Notes under the pieces: model-generated
Told to the model about the DNA's origin: nothing
Database searches by the model: none
Seen by the model: the letters and a program-made list of their open reading frames with translations, nothing else
Assembly (NCBI GenBank): GCA_976551045.1
Contig: CDPCPM010000281.1
Location: 5,084,001 to 5,148,000 of the forward strand
Direction of reading: 5' to 3'
DNA length: 64,000 bases
Origin: Glaucostegus cemiculus
Lineage: Eukaryota
Shown: positions 39,641 to 52,268 of the stretch, one piece after another
How positions within the stretch are numbered: position 1 is the stretch's first letter
How the letters are laid out: every line of letters starts with the position of its first letter
Made by a program: the position numbers and the translations under genes

Positions 39641-42170
39641 CAGAATAGTACAGCACAATACAGGCCCTTCAGCCCACAATGTTGTGCCGACCTTTAAACC
39701 TCACTTAAGACTATCTAACCCCTTCCTCCCCCATATCCCTCTATTTTAAATTCCTCCATATGTTTATCTAGTAATGTCTTGAATCTGCCCAATGTACCTG
39801 CCTCCACCACCACCCCAGGCAGTGCATTCCATGCCTCAACCACTCTCTGGGTAAAAAACGTCCCTCTGATGTCTCCCTTGAACTTCCCACCCATTACTTT
39901 AAAGCCATACCCTCTTGTATTGAGCATTGGTGCCCTGGGAAAGAGTCACTGGCTCTCTACTCTATCTATTCCTCTTAACATTTTGTATCCCTCATGTCTC
40001 CTCTCATCCTCCTTCTCTCCAAAGAATAAAGCCCTAGCTCCCTTAGTCTCTCTTCATAATCCATACTCTCTAAACCAGGCAGCATCCTGGTAAATCTCCT
40101 CTGCACTCTTTCCAATGTTTCCACATCCTTCCTATAATGAGGCAACCAGACCTGACACAGTACTCTAAGTGTGGTCTAACCAGAGTTTTGTAGAGCTGCA
40201 TTATTACCTCGTGGCTCTTAAACTCAATCCCACGATTTATGAAAGCTAACATCCCTTAAGCTTTCTTAACTACCCCATCCACCTGTGAGGCAACTTTCAG
40301 GGATCTGTGAATATGAACCCCGAGATCCCTCTGCTCCTCCACACTACCCAGAATCCTGCCATTAACTTTGTACTCCGCCTTGGAGTTTGTCCTTCCAAAG
40401 TGTACCACCTCACACTTCTCTGGATTAAACTCCATCTGCCACTTCTCAGCCCAGCTCTGCATCCTATCAATGTTCCTCTGCAATCTTCAACAGTCCTCCA
40501 CACTATCCACAACACCACCAATCTTTGTGTCGTCTGCAAACTTGCCAAACCACCCTTCTACCCCCTCATCCAAGTCATTAATAAAAGTCACAAAAAGTAG
40601 AGGCCACAGAACCGATCCTTGTGGGACACCACTAGTCACAGTCCTCCAATCTGAATGCACTCCCTCCACCACAACCCTCTGCTTTTTACAGGCAAGCCAA
40701 TTCTGAATCCACACGGCTAAGCCTCCCTGGATCCCTTGCCCTCTGACCTTCTAAAGAAGCCTACCATGTGGAACCTTGTCAAATGCCTTACTAAAATCCA
40801 TGTAGACCACATCTACTGCACTATCCCCATCAATCTGCCTGGTCACCTCCTCAAATAACCCTATCAGGCTTGTGAGACATGATCTGCTCTTCACAAAGCC
40901 TTGCTGGCTGTTCCTGATCAGACTATGATTCTCTAAATGCCCAGAGATCCTATCTCTAAGCATCCTTTCTAACAACCTACCCACTAAAGACATCAGGCTC
41001 ACTGGTCTATAATTCCCTGTACTATTGCTACTACCTTTTTTGAATATGGGGACAACATTTGCCACCCTCCAATCCTCTGGTACCATTCCCGTGGACAATG
41101 AGAACTCACAGATCCTAGTCAATGGTTCAGCAATCTCCTCCCTCGCCTTGCGGAGCAGCCTGGGAAATGTTCCATCAGGGCCCGGAGTCTTATCTGTCCT
41201 AATATTTTCTAACAGCTCCAACACATCTTCCCTCTTGATATCTACATGCTCCAGAACATTAACCTTACCAACACTGTCCTCAGTGTCATCAAGGCCCCTC
41301 TCCTTGGTGAATACTGAAGAGAAGTATTCATTGAGGACCTCACCCACTTCCACAGCTTCCAGGCACATCTTCCCACCTTTGTCTCTAATCGGTCCTACCT
41401 TTACTCTAGTCATCCCTCTGCTCTTCACGCAAGTGAAAAAAGCCTTGGGATTTTCCTTAACCCAACTCGCCAAGGCTTTTTCATGTCCCCTTCTTGCTCT
41501 CCTCAGACCCTTCTTAAATTCCTTCCTTGCTACCCTATATTCCTCAAGAGACCTATCAGATCCTTGCTGCCTACACCTTATGTGTGCTGCCTTCTTCCTC
41601 CTAACTAGATGTTCCACCTCTCTTGTCAACCATTGTTCCTTCACCCTGCCATTCTTTCTCTGCCTCACTGGAACAAATTTATTCCTAACATCCTGCAAGA
41701 GATCCCTGAACAATGACCACATCCCCATAGTACATTTCCCTTCAAAAATATCATCCCAATTTACACTTGCAAGTTCTAGCCTTATAGCCTTATAATTTGC
41801 CCTTCCCCAATTAAATATCTTCCTGTCCTCTTTGCTCCTATCCTTGTCCATGACAATGCTAAAGGTTAGGGAGCGGTGGTCACTGTCCCCACAAATGCTC
41901 ACCCACTGAGAGATCTGTCACCTGACCCGCTTCATTGTTTAATACTAGATCTAATATGGCATTCCCTCTAGCCAGCCTTTCAACATACTGTGACAGGAAT
42001 CCGTCCTGGACACACTTAACAAACTCAGCCCCGTCTAAACCTCTAGTACTAAGCAGATGCCAATCAATATTTGGGAGGTTGAAGTCTTCCATGATAACAA
42101 CCTTGTTATTCTTGCATCTCTCCAAAATCTGCCTCCCAATCTGTTCCCCAGTATCCTTGCTGCTACCGGG
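39641..42170 (-). mobile_element. Long (about 2.5 kb) 5'-truncated CR1 LINE: partial endonuclease, RT and 3' end
   Basis: [82 protein letters not shown]; only a few frameshifts and stops. Confidence 0.97.
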
Positions 42171-44187
42171 GCAATCACATGGGGCATCGAAGGTTTGCTT
42201 CTTATTGAACAAATTGGGCATCAAGTGCTTATACAACTGGCTATATAAAATGAAGTCTAGTCAGAGAGCTGCATTGTAAACTCCTTTCCTGTACCTAAAT
42301 ATCTTGGGGTGCTCAGTGCCATCAAATAGCTATAGAACCTTTATTTTATTAAAGTAACAAATTTACACACCATAGTTTTTTCTAGGCTATACAAAAATAA
42401 GTTGTTGCATTCTATAGCATCCATTCTATCCCTGCTGATATGTTAGAAGCACAACAGACCAAAGGCAATAACCATAAAATGTATAAGAGCAAATGGGCAA
42501 GCTATAGGAAGTTTAGATTATGCTGTCAGTTTACATCACATTTTCCACTCACTACCGCAACATAGCTGTTGTCTTCTATAAAGTAACATGAGAATCAAAT
42601 TGATTATGGTTTTTTAATAAATCCAACAGATGCATCTGTGGCAGCATTGCTCACACTGATGAATTAATCAGCGTTTGACTCCTCTGCGTCGTCATTACTC
42701 TTTTGCTTGTCTCGTTATTTCCTACATGCTGCTGAGACAACAAATATTCATATATTCATGAATTCTGATTCCATTATACTTCAAGACCAGCAAAATAACA
42801 ATAGACATCATTTAATTTCATACATTTTTTCAAAGACTCCTTTACTGATTGTTAAAATAGTAATAAACATGCAATTATTCAGAAATTACCACAATAAATT
42901 TGCATGCATCGCCTCAAGCAGCATAGTCTCAACATCCTGCCCTAAGTCCTTAGCCCTTCATGCACTCAATTGCTTTTTCATTTCTCATATCATTCTGGTA
43001 ATGTATTTCCTTCTATTTTGAGCCATTTACTGTCTGTTAATATATCTCAGGTGGATTGTGTTACTCTTCAATCCCAATGCTCTCCACCTTTTCTGCTCCT
43101 GAAGTACCAACTAATTGATTTATACATTGCATTATAGATGGTTTCCGGCTCTTCCAATATTGCCAAGAAGCAATGCGCTTCAGAAGTAATTTAATGTGCA
43201 AAGCTGCTCACAACATTTTAGTGCAATATCTGTATTATTATAAACCTATCTCCAGTATCTTTTGTAAGATTGGATAAACCCGTAACACATGCCCTAATCT
43301 TTGCTAGATTTCTTTTCTGCCAAAGTGATGCAATGCATGCCTGGAATAGCTTCCACATGGTTTTATGTGGTTTGTTACCTTAGTAAAATGATACCAGTCT
43401 AAATATAACAAATGTACAGCACTTTTTGTTGAATGCTATTATTTTTAGAAAGAATATATCACTGTTTTTATGTCTGACTTCCAAAAATCATGTGCCGGCT
43501 TAATTTAGCACTTATGTTACAGTTAATCTGTTTGTTATCAAGCAGATACCAGGGTAAGAAGCCAGGATAGACAATTCAAATATAAACACTGTAATTTTCT
43601 CAAATGTACATGTTTGACTGACATCTTCCTTTCAATTTAACAGCTAATTACGTTAATTCATTGAATCCTGACAGCTATTTTGAAGGTGGGCCAAAATTTG
43701 TCATAGTAATAAAGAGGGAACAGTCATCATTGACCATTCCCACTGATACCAACTTGCAGAAGGCACCATATTTTGAACAAGCTTCTTGGGCTGTTAAAGA
43801 CACTAATGCCATGGATTATGGGTGTTCTTCAGTCTAATGTCACATTATCCTGGGTTTGCATTTGTTTTCCCTCATCTGAGGAAAAGGGTACGAAGCTCAA
43901 GACCTGAAATCTGACGCTGTTCTCATGGTCTGGTGGGCAACAATGAGCCCCACTCTATTACATGCTTTAGGGATTTGGACTGCCTATAACAGACAAGCAC
44001 TGAAGAGATACTACCAACACTCTGTTACCACAAAGTACTCCTAGGCACTGACAGGATTGAAAAAAAATGAACATCAGCATCCTGTTCCAGGCCAATATCC
44101 CAGATATCCTCTGCCTTCTCCAAAGGGTGCCCTGTTGAAGCCCTTACAAATGCAAATTATTTAAACTTGTCAAACTGACAGAACTCC

Positions 44188-44189
<2 letters not shown>

Positions 44190-44237
<48 letters not shown>
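44190..44237. repeat. (GT)24 microsatellite
   Basis: Perfect dinucleotide run. Confidence 0.98.
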
Positions 44238-44239
<2 letters not shown>

Positions 44240-44699
44240 TTTATTCTCATTGTAAAAATTCTGGAAAAATATAATCCTTATTAAATGAGTTGTCACTGAA
44301 TTTTTAACAGAGTACCATAATTATCACCTGGTCAGCCCTGAGAAACTAATTTTATAAAAAGAGATTAATTCTCTCTGATTATTTCAAAATTCAATGATCG
44401 AATAATTATCAGTTTTTAAACTTTATGTTACAGAATTTAACTTAATCTATTCACTCAGCCTTTATTTTGCTCAATAAATTAATTTTCAAATAATCCATTA
44501 GAAATAGGACTTCTTTTTTTTAAAAAATGCTTCCTTGTTTGCATCAGAATTCTTCAGTGGCTGCTCAACCAGCTGGGTGCTTTATTCCTTCTGGATAACA
44601 GAAATCCCTTACAGCGAATATTAGAATGAGGTTTGCGTCAGGAAAGGGAAAACCCAGGCCACAGAGATAACTATTCCTTTGAGGCAGCTACCTTCAATG

Positions 44700-45145
44700 T
44701 CAAGCAAGGGTGCAGAGGAGATTCACCTAGGATAGAGTGTTTCAGTAATGAGGAAAGGCTAGATAGGATGGGGTTGTTTTCTTTGAAGCAAAGGAGGCTA
44801 ATTAAAGTTCAGAAAATTATGAGGGGAATAGATAGGGTAGATTGTGAGAAACCTTCCCTTAGTAGGGGTGTCCATAACCAGCGTGCATTGGTTTAAGGTA
44901 AAAGGTAAGATATATAGAGAGCATACGAGGACGAACTTTTTTCAAAGAACACACAGCCTGGGGGGGGGGCGGGGGCTAGTGGAGGCAGGTGCTTTAATTG
45001 CAGTTAAGAAATGTTTACATTTCACTTGAAGCACTCCAGAATGAAAGGCTACAGGCCAAGTGCTGGAAAGTGAGCTTTGAGTAGACAGCTACTCGATGTC
45101 AGCACAGACACAGTGGGGTGAAGAGCTCATTTCTGTGCTGCGTGA
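44700..45145 (+). mobile_element. CR1 3' fragment
   Basis: RVQRRFTR, EERLDRMGLFSLKQRRL, KIMRGIDRVD. Confidence 0.85.
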
Positions 45146-45896
45146 ATCTGTCAGCTGCAAACATCGCCAATTCACAAATGACTGAAAAATCCAGGACACT
45201 GCACTTCTCCAGCAGTGCGTTTGTCTGAAACTTTGAATAAGTCAGGGCAGGGAGCTTCCATTGTTGATAATAAAATAACAGACTGTACCCTCGAAGATTA
45301 TGTACAGTACAATTTAAGATATGGGAACTATGGGAGCTACACTAAGAACTATGTAATATATAAATTGTGCTAATTTTGCTATTTGTCCTATTACTGATCA
45401 ATGAATTTACATGGAAATTAAAGTCTAAATTCCAATATTGTGCTGACTGCCCCAGGCAAAAGATAAAGAAATACCCATTAAATCACAAAATCAAATAAGT
45501 TGCTGGAATGATTGGAAACGTGTTCTCTGCACCAAGAGGCTCTAAGCTCTCCCTGGCTGTCAAAATGACTGAAACCTTCCCCGAGAAGGAGAAAGGGCTC
45601 ACCTTTCTCCTTTGGGGGCAAAGCAAGGAAGACAGACACACTGAGATTAAAGGCCTCCAATAAATTCCAAAATGCTACGGTCGGAAATGCAAGGCTGAAT
45701 CATAGTTAGAACTATCTTGCGCTGTCAAAGGCAACACTGTGGTAAGTTGGAACATTCATCAGTCTAGTTGTCATGACTTTGAGTTCACATTTGTTTCACT
45801 AATCTGAAGAGTATATGAAGACCAAGACAAATATGGTAAGTACGGTGGACTCATTCAATTCAATGGCCAGATGAGGGGAAATTTATCAAAAAGGTA

Positions 45897-46285
45897 ATTG
45901 GTTTATTATTGTCACATGTCTAAACTACAGCAAAAATCTTTGGTTTGCATGCCATCCATCCAGATCATTTCACCACATCAGTACATTGAGATAGTTCAAG
46001 GGGAAAGCAATAATAGAATGCAGAATAAGGTATTACAGTTACAGAGGCAGTGGGAGGGGGGAGAAGGGAGAATGTCCAAGGTGGGAGGGGTCTTTGATCA
46101 GGTTGGCTGCTTTTCTGAGGCAGCGAGAAGTGTGGACAGAGTCCATGGAGGGGAGGCTGGCTTCCTTGATGTGCTGAGCTGCGTCCACAACACTCTGCAG
46201 TTTCTTGTAGTCACAGACAGAGCAGTTGCCATACCAAGACATGATGCATCTGGACAGGATGCTTTCTATGTTGCATCTCTAAAAA
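45897..46285 (-). mobile_element. Rex1/Babar-type LINE 3' fragment with an internal deletion
   Basis: WYGNCSVCDYKKLQSVVDAAQHIKEASLPSMDSVHTSRCLRKAANLIKDPSHLGHS. Confidence 0.85.
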
Positions 46286-46329
46286 GGTACCACTCTTGTG
46301 GGCTACAGTGCTCACTGACATCCTGTATG

Positions 46330-47320
46330 CTTCGGAGATTTATTGACCAATATCCAGCATTCAGTAACAACCAATGACAGGCATCCACCTCCAGTGTTGC
46401 CACAAAATCCTTCAAATCCTCTGGCTGGATAAGTGAACCAACACTGGTGTCCTCTCCCAGGTCAACAACCCCAGCAATAATTACATTCAGCTTGTTCCAA
46501 TGGGATGGCCACATCTTCGGCACACAAAATATGAGACTATAGGAAAAGGTACTCTCTTCCAATTTTTGCAGTGACAAGAGATTAGCAGGGAAACGGAGGA
46601 TTCACTTTAAGAAACAGAAGATTCACTTTAATAATGTTCTCAGAGCCTCTTTGAAAAAGCATAACATCCTTATCAACTCATGGAAACACCCAGCCCATGT
46701 CCATTAAAAATGGAGTCAAAGAATCTGGGAAGAACTGAGCATCTCCAGTTTCTTCATGGAAAGCACACAGTCGCCAGATGCAGATGGTGCATGGCATCTT
46801 AAGCAACACACCCACTCACCCAGTCAAGCAATTCCTCCGATACCAGAGTGGAGTGTCTGCATGTGCACTTTGGCCTTATCACAAGAGCACAAGAAAATAA
46901 GAGCAGACAAAGAGGTCCCTCTAGCCTGCCCCACATTTTACTACAATCATGCCCGATCTACGTGCCTCAACTTCTCTCCTGTGCCACTTTCTCATAACCC
47001 TCAGTTTCAAAAATGTATCAACCTCCACCTTAAATACTAATAATCCAGCCTTCACAACCCACTGTAGAAAATTCCAGAGATTCATCACCCTGTGTGACAT
47101 AATTTCTATGCAGCTCTGTTTTAACTGAAGTAACCGTGTCCGTTCATTCTAGGCTCCCACTAGCGAAAGTATCTCAACACCTACCCTGCCATGCCCCCTC
47201 AGGATCTTGTGCTTCAGTAAGGTCACCCCTCATTCTTTGAAACTCCAAAGCCGCCTCAGAATCCAGCGAACTGGAGTGGAAGCAAGTCACCCTCGATACT
47301 GAGGGACTGCCTAAGAAAGA
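46330..47320 (+). mobile_element. RTE 3' fragment interrupted by an antisense CR1 tail (about 46885-47245)
   Basis: CCHKILQILWLDK, VLSQVNNP, QLVPMGWPHL-like remnants; RTE tail GGAAGCAAGTCACCCTCGATACTGAGGGACTGCCTAAG at about 47278-47316. Confidence 0.65.
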
Positions 47321-47849
47321 GTCGGGAGGAATTTCAGACATTCCAGTAGAGACCCATGTGGGCTATTGGAAGCAAGAGTCCTGGTGATTTTGTGGTGACA
47401 TCTGCTGCTGGACCTCAGAACTCTTCTAGTGTGATTGGTTTTTCAGCCAGCTGACGGAATTTTGCTTGCAGGGGGTTAGTAACTTCTAAAAATTGATGTT
47501 GAAGAAAAAATAGTGTGGGGTAAGGGGAAAAACGTATATACTGTTGAAACAACAGATTAGCCCAGATTTTGCAGTCAGTCAGTAGCGAAATGACAGTGCT
47601 TGCTGCCCTGAAGAAAACTCCAACAAGCATCTAGTGAACCCTCTTCCAAGGCTTTGCAACAGGTTCCCTGCTATCATTTTTTAAGTCCTGTGTTTGTAAT
47701 ACCCAACATTCAGACTTGCCCCTCCCCACTATTCAATACATGTATTTCAGGTGAGAGGGGGAAAGTTTAAAGGAGATGTACGGGGCAAGTTTTTTTTACA
47801 CAGTGTGGTGGGTGCCTGGAATGGGCTGCCAAGAGTAGAGAAGGAAGCA

Positions 47850-48728
47850 CTGCACTGCTCTGCTCGCTCTACATTCATGACTGTGTGGTTAGGCACAGCT
47901 CAAACGCCATCTATAAATTCACCGATGACACCACTGTTGTTGGCAGAATCTCAGATGGCGATGACGAGGCGTACAGGAGTGAAATAGATCAGCTGGGTGA
48001 GTGGTGTTGCAACAACAGACTTGCACTCAACGTCAGCAAGACCAAGGAATTGAATGTGAACTTCAGGAAGGGGAAGTTGGGAGAACACACACCAGTCCTC
48101 GTTAAGGGGTCAGCAGTGGAAAGGGTGAGCAGCTTCAAATTCCTTGGCGTCATCATCTCAGAGGGTCTGTCTTGGGCCCAACACATTGATGCAATCATGA
48201 AGAAGGCACACCAGTGGCTCTACTTTATGGGTTTGAGGAGATTTGGTATGTCACCAAAGACTCTTGCAAATGTCTACAGATATACGGTGGAGAGCATTCT
48301 GACTGGTTGCATCACCACCTGGTATGGAGGCTCCAATGTGCAGGATTGAAAGAGGCTGCAGAGGGTTGGAGACTCAGCCAGTTCCTTCATTGGCACAACC
48401 TTCCCTGCCATCAAGGACATCTTCAAGAGGTGGTGCCTCAAGAGGGCAGCGTCCATCAGTAAGGGCCCTCTTCACATTACTGCCATCAAGGAGGAGGTAC
48501 AGGAGCCTGAAGACCCACACTCAACGTTTCAAAAACAACTTCTTCCCCTCCACCATCAGATACTTCAGAACAGTCCATGAACCTATGAGCATCACCTCGT
48601 TATTCTTCTTTTGCACTATTTGTTTTTGTAACATATGGTAATTTTTATGTCTTTGTCTTACGCTGTACTGCTGCCACAAAACAACAAATTTCATTACATA
48701 CGTCAAGTGATAACAAACCTGATTCTGA
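47850..48728 (+). mobile_element. Rex1/Babar-type LINE (RT C-terminus to 3' end) nested in a CR1 tail (about 47750-47845 and 48730-48910)
   Basis: IYKFTDDTTVVGRI...WCCNNRLALNVSKTKEL...FKFLGVII...VESILTGCITTWYG; flanks are CR1 VRGGKFKGDVRGKFF and the CR1 3' UTR. Confidence 0.92.
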
Positions 48729-49509
48729 GATATAATAGTGACATTTAAGAGACTTTTAGAAAGCTGTATGTATGAATATGCAGGGAATGGAGGATATGGA
48801 TCTTGTGCAGGAAGAAGAGATTTAGTTTAATTTGGCATCGTGTTCAGCACATAGTGGGCCGAAGGGCCTGTTCCTGTGCTGAACCTGTTCTATGTCCTAC
48901 TGTTCTATGTACCCCCAAGACCTGTCATTCTGATGAAATGTCAGCAGAGAAACTCCAGGGTTTAATGTATTCACAGCACTGGATGGTTCTGAGATCTCTT
49001 GATCATTGTCACTGGCAGCAAGATGCTACAATGAGATTATACCCAGAGATTTATGGCAAAAGTGATGGATTGCGATAACTAGCCATGCACTTGCGAATCT
49101 GGGACAGGAGGCACAAATTATAAATTCTGCATGTGGAATTCAGGAATCAAACTGACGAATTTGGGTAATCAAAGACAACTCTGACACCAGACTGTGACAT
49201 GCTTAAATGCCCTTGAAGAGGATCTTCACCTGAGAATTTTTCATATTGCTGTTTAGTTTATTAAGGACTTTTTTTTAACAAAACAAGTTGTCATGGAAAC
49301 AGTATAATAGGATTTTCAACACACAGTGATGTGCACAGATAAAATGTGCTGTTCCACTTGGTTGATGCAACAACAGGACCCATGTTCATTTTTAGTGTCT
49401 CAAGCAGGATAGTGTATCAATCTACCCTGCCCCACCACCACCTCAAGCTCCTCTTGCCTCCGTAAAATCAGTGGCAAATAATATTTTTTGTATCATTGAG
49501 CCAAAAGGC

Positions 49510-49830
49510 AGGGAAGCAAGCCCTTTGGCCTACCGAGTGCACACCAACCATCAACCACCCATTACATTAACCCTACATTAATCCCATTGTTTTATTCTCC
49601 CCACATTCTCATCAGATCCCCCAGATTCTACCTTTCACCGACACACGTGGGCAATTCATAGTGTCCATTTAACCTACCAACCTGCATGCCTTTGGAATGC
49701 GCATGTAGCACTTGGAAAAAACTGCAGATTCTCCCTGTGACTACGTGGAACTCCACATAGGCAACACCCGAGGTCAGGATTGAACCCGCGTCTCTCACAC
49801 TGCGAGGCAGCTGCACCACTGTGCTGCCAC
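49510..49830 (-). mobile_element. V-SINE
   Basis: Reverse strand GTGGCAGCACAGTGG...GGGTTCAATCCTGACCTCGGGTG...GTGGAGTTCCACGT. Confidence 0.8.
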
Positions 49831-50039
49831 TATTGACATTCAGAAGACATCTGAAGCAATATATTTGTCGATAGCTATACAATACTAATGGGCACAACAT
49901 GCATTTTCCTCTATTTGAATCTGAAAATGGCTTTGTTGAATGGTAGATTAAATATCTGGACAAGCATCTCATTTCCTTTGGCCAGATATAGATCCTGAAT
50001 AAGCTAGAATTGAGCTGGAGTAACTGGTGGAAGGATTAG

Positions 50040-50280
50040 AGGGAAGATGAGGGAAGATGTTTCACACAGAGGGCAGCAAAAGTTTGGAACTCTCTGACTG
50101 CGAGGGACATTCAACTCATTTACAAAGTCTTTGGGATGCGGACTTGACATGCAATAGCCTGCAGGGCTACAGAACAGTGCTGGAAGGTGGAATTAGCCTT
50201 GGTAGGGTTTTTTGACTGGCACAGGTAGGATGGGCCAAATGGCCTCCTCTGTATAGTGAATTTTCTAGGATTCTACTTCT
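50040..50280 (+). mobile_element. CR1 3' tail
   Basis: FTQRAAKVWNSL; tail GGGCCAAATGGCCTCCT...TTCTATGAT. Confidence 0.65.
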
Positions 50281-51684
50281 ATGATAGATCACATCCTTAT
50301 TACACTAATTACTCTTGTAGCCCCAGAACAAAACAGCACAACCTGTAATAATGAATTTCCAGGGAACAGACAGACAGAGTACTTTGGATGGTCATCTTTA
50401 ACATGGCCACCCATAGCAGGTGACCAACCAACCAGAGTAACTGGGTGAAGAGTGTCATAAATTGATGTTCAAAGCCCATTTCAAGTAGCTGCAGAACACT
50501 GATGCTCACTTTCATCAACAAAGGCAAAGGTGTTGCTAGATTAAGCTCACCTTATCAGGTGAGATCACTTATCATTTTCACAGGGTGACAATCCATTTCA
50601 AATACTTGGGGGTAGCTGTTTATAGGGCTTAATTAAACTGGGAGTTGGATGCAAAGTGCAATCAGCCCTTCTGCTGAGCACAATCTCCACTACTAGCCTC
50701 AAAGGCAAATCCAGCAATAAAGCAGAAGGTTCTCTGCAAATAATTGGCAGTTCTCAATGGAACCTACTGGATAGGCAGTTGCAACTGCAGTTTAATACCT
50801 CAGCTGAATCACAGTGTACTGAATAATGCAGGATCATCAGTAAACGTTGGAGGGTCAGCGTGCTGTTGGAATGGGAATGGGATTCAGATTCAAATTGCTC
50901 AACCTTTGAAATCAGAAACAACCAAGCTGCCAAGCCTCACTTTTACAAATGCGTAGGTTCAGTTTAATGTAAGTTCTTAACTATTTTATTAAGTTCATAA
51001 ATGTCTATGTACAAAACTGAAAACTTGTTTTGGATATCTCTAAATAGATAATTACAAATCTCACATGTGGCACACAATCCCACAAATATCAGGGAACAGC
51101 TAATACTGGGAATTTAACACAAATTAATGTCTGAATTAGTATCCACAAGATTCAGAGATTAAACTAGGAAACATAAGTTATGCATTATGCCCACATTGAC
51201 TTATCTGGCTATATATATTTTAATCCAAATTCAAAAATAATTATGAACTAAAATACCAGATCACAACATAACCACTGGTGTCTTCATTGTCCATTTGGTC
51301 ATTTTGAAAGTAGACTATATTAATCTGATGATGGCTTTTACTTTCAAGAATGTTAATCTTTCTCAAAATACAGGAGTAAGAATGATAAAATAATTAGTTA
51401 CCTTTTCAGGTTTATTCCATGAAACCCTCTTGCACTCACCAACATGTTGACTTGGAATCTTTCCTGTGCTACAGCTCTTACATAAATGCTCATCATACAG
51501 ATAGGGAGAAGGTTGCTCTTTTTTAAAAGAACTCTGATGAATCTACTGTTACTTTCAGCTGGTTACAAGGCTAACCTCAGATATCCAAAAATAATATGGC
51601 CAATTAACAGTCAGAAAGCTCTTTGAATATGGTTGACAGACAATACAATAGAAGCATCAATATAGTTCACCTTAGTAATTCTGC

Positions 51685-51997
51685 CTCTTTCCCAGGGCAC
51701 CAATGCTCAATACAAGAGGGCATGGCTTTAAAGTAATGGGTGGGAAGTTCAAGGGAGATACCAGAGGGAGGTTATTTACCCAGAGACTAGTTGGGGCATG
51801 GAATGCGCTGCCTGGGGCAGTGGTGGAGGCACGTACATTGGTCAAATTCAAGAGATTACTAGGTAAGCATATGGAGGAATTTAAAATAGAGGGATATGGG
51901 GGAGGAAGGGGTTAGATAATCTTAGGTGAAGTTTATATGTCGGCACAACTTTGTGGGCCAAAGGGCCTGTATTGTGCTGTACTATTTTACGTTCTAT
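51685..51997 (+). mobile_element. CR1 3' end, same subfamily as 39641-42170
   Basis: NTRGHGFKVMGGKFKGD...HMEEFKIEGYGGGRG is nearly the same as the minus-strand ORF at 39715-39927. Confidence 0.92.
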
Positions 51998-52099
51998 AAA
52001 CCTTGTTATCATCAGAGATAAAGTGGAAGTCTTCTATTAAATTCTCACTCCTTGGGATAATGAATTTGGAAATAATGGCAACATAGGAGGTAATAGAAC

Positions 52100-52268
52100 C
52101 CAAGTTAAAGTTTCAGCTCAGTGACATTTCATCTGATAAATTCAAGGCACTGATCTGAAATGTGATCTTCGTTTCTGTCTCCAGAGTTGTTGCCCGACCT
52201 GTTGAGAATTTCTAGCATTCTGGTATTTTCTTTCCAGATTTCCACCATCTGCAGCATTTTGCTTTGGT
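52100..52268. mobile_element. Old Penelope-derived terminal element; related pieces at about 37535-37635, 39295-39470 and 54700-54805
   Basis: GCCCGACCTGTTGAG.ATTTCTAGCATT...CAGATTTCCACCATCTGCAGCATTTTGCTT. Confidence 0.55.

Noticed and set aside
41025-41795. 256-aa plus-strand ORF
   Set aside because: It is the antisense shadow of CR1 ORF2.
48925-48960. CTGATGA...GAAA as a possible hammerhead ribozyme
   Set aside because: No pairable stem II between the two core motifs.
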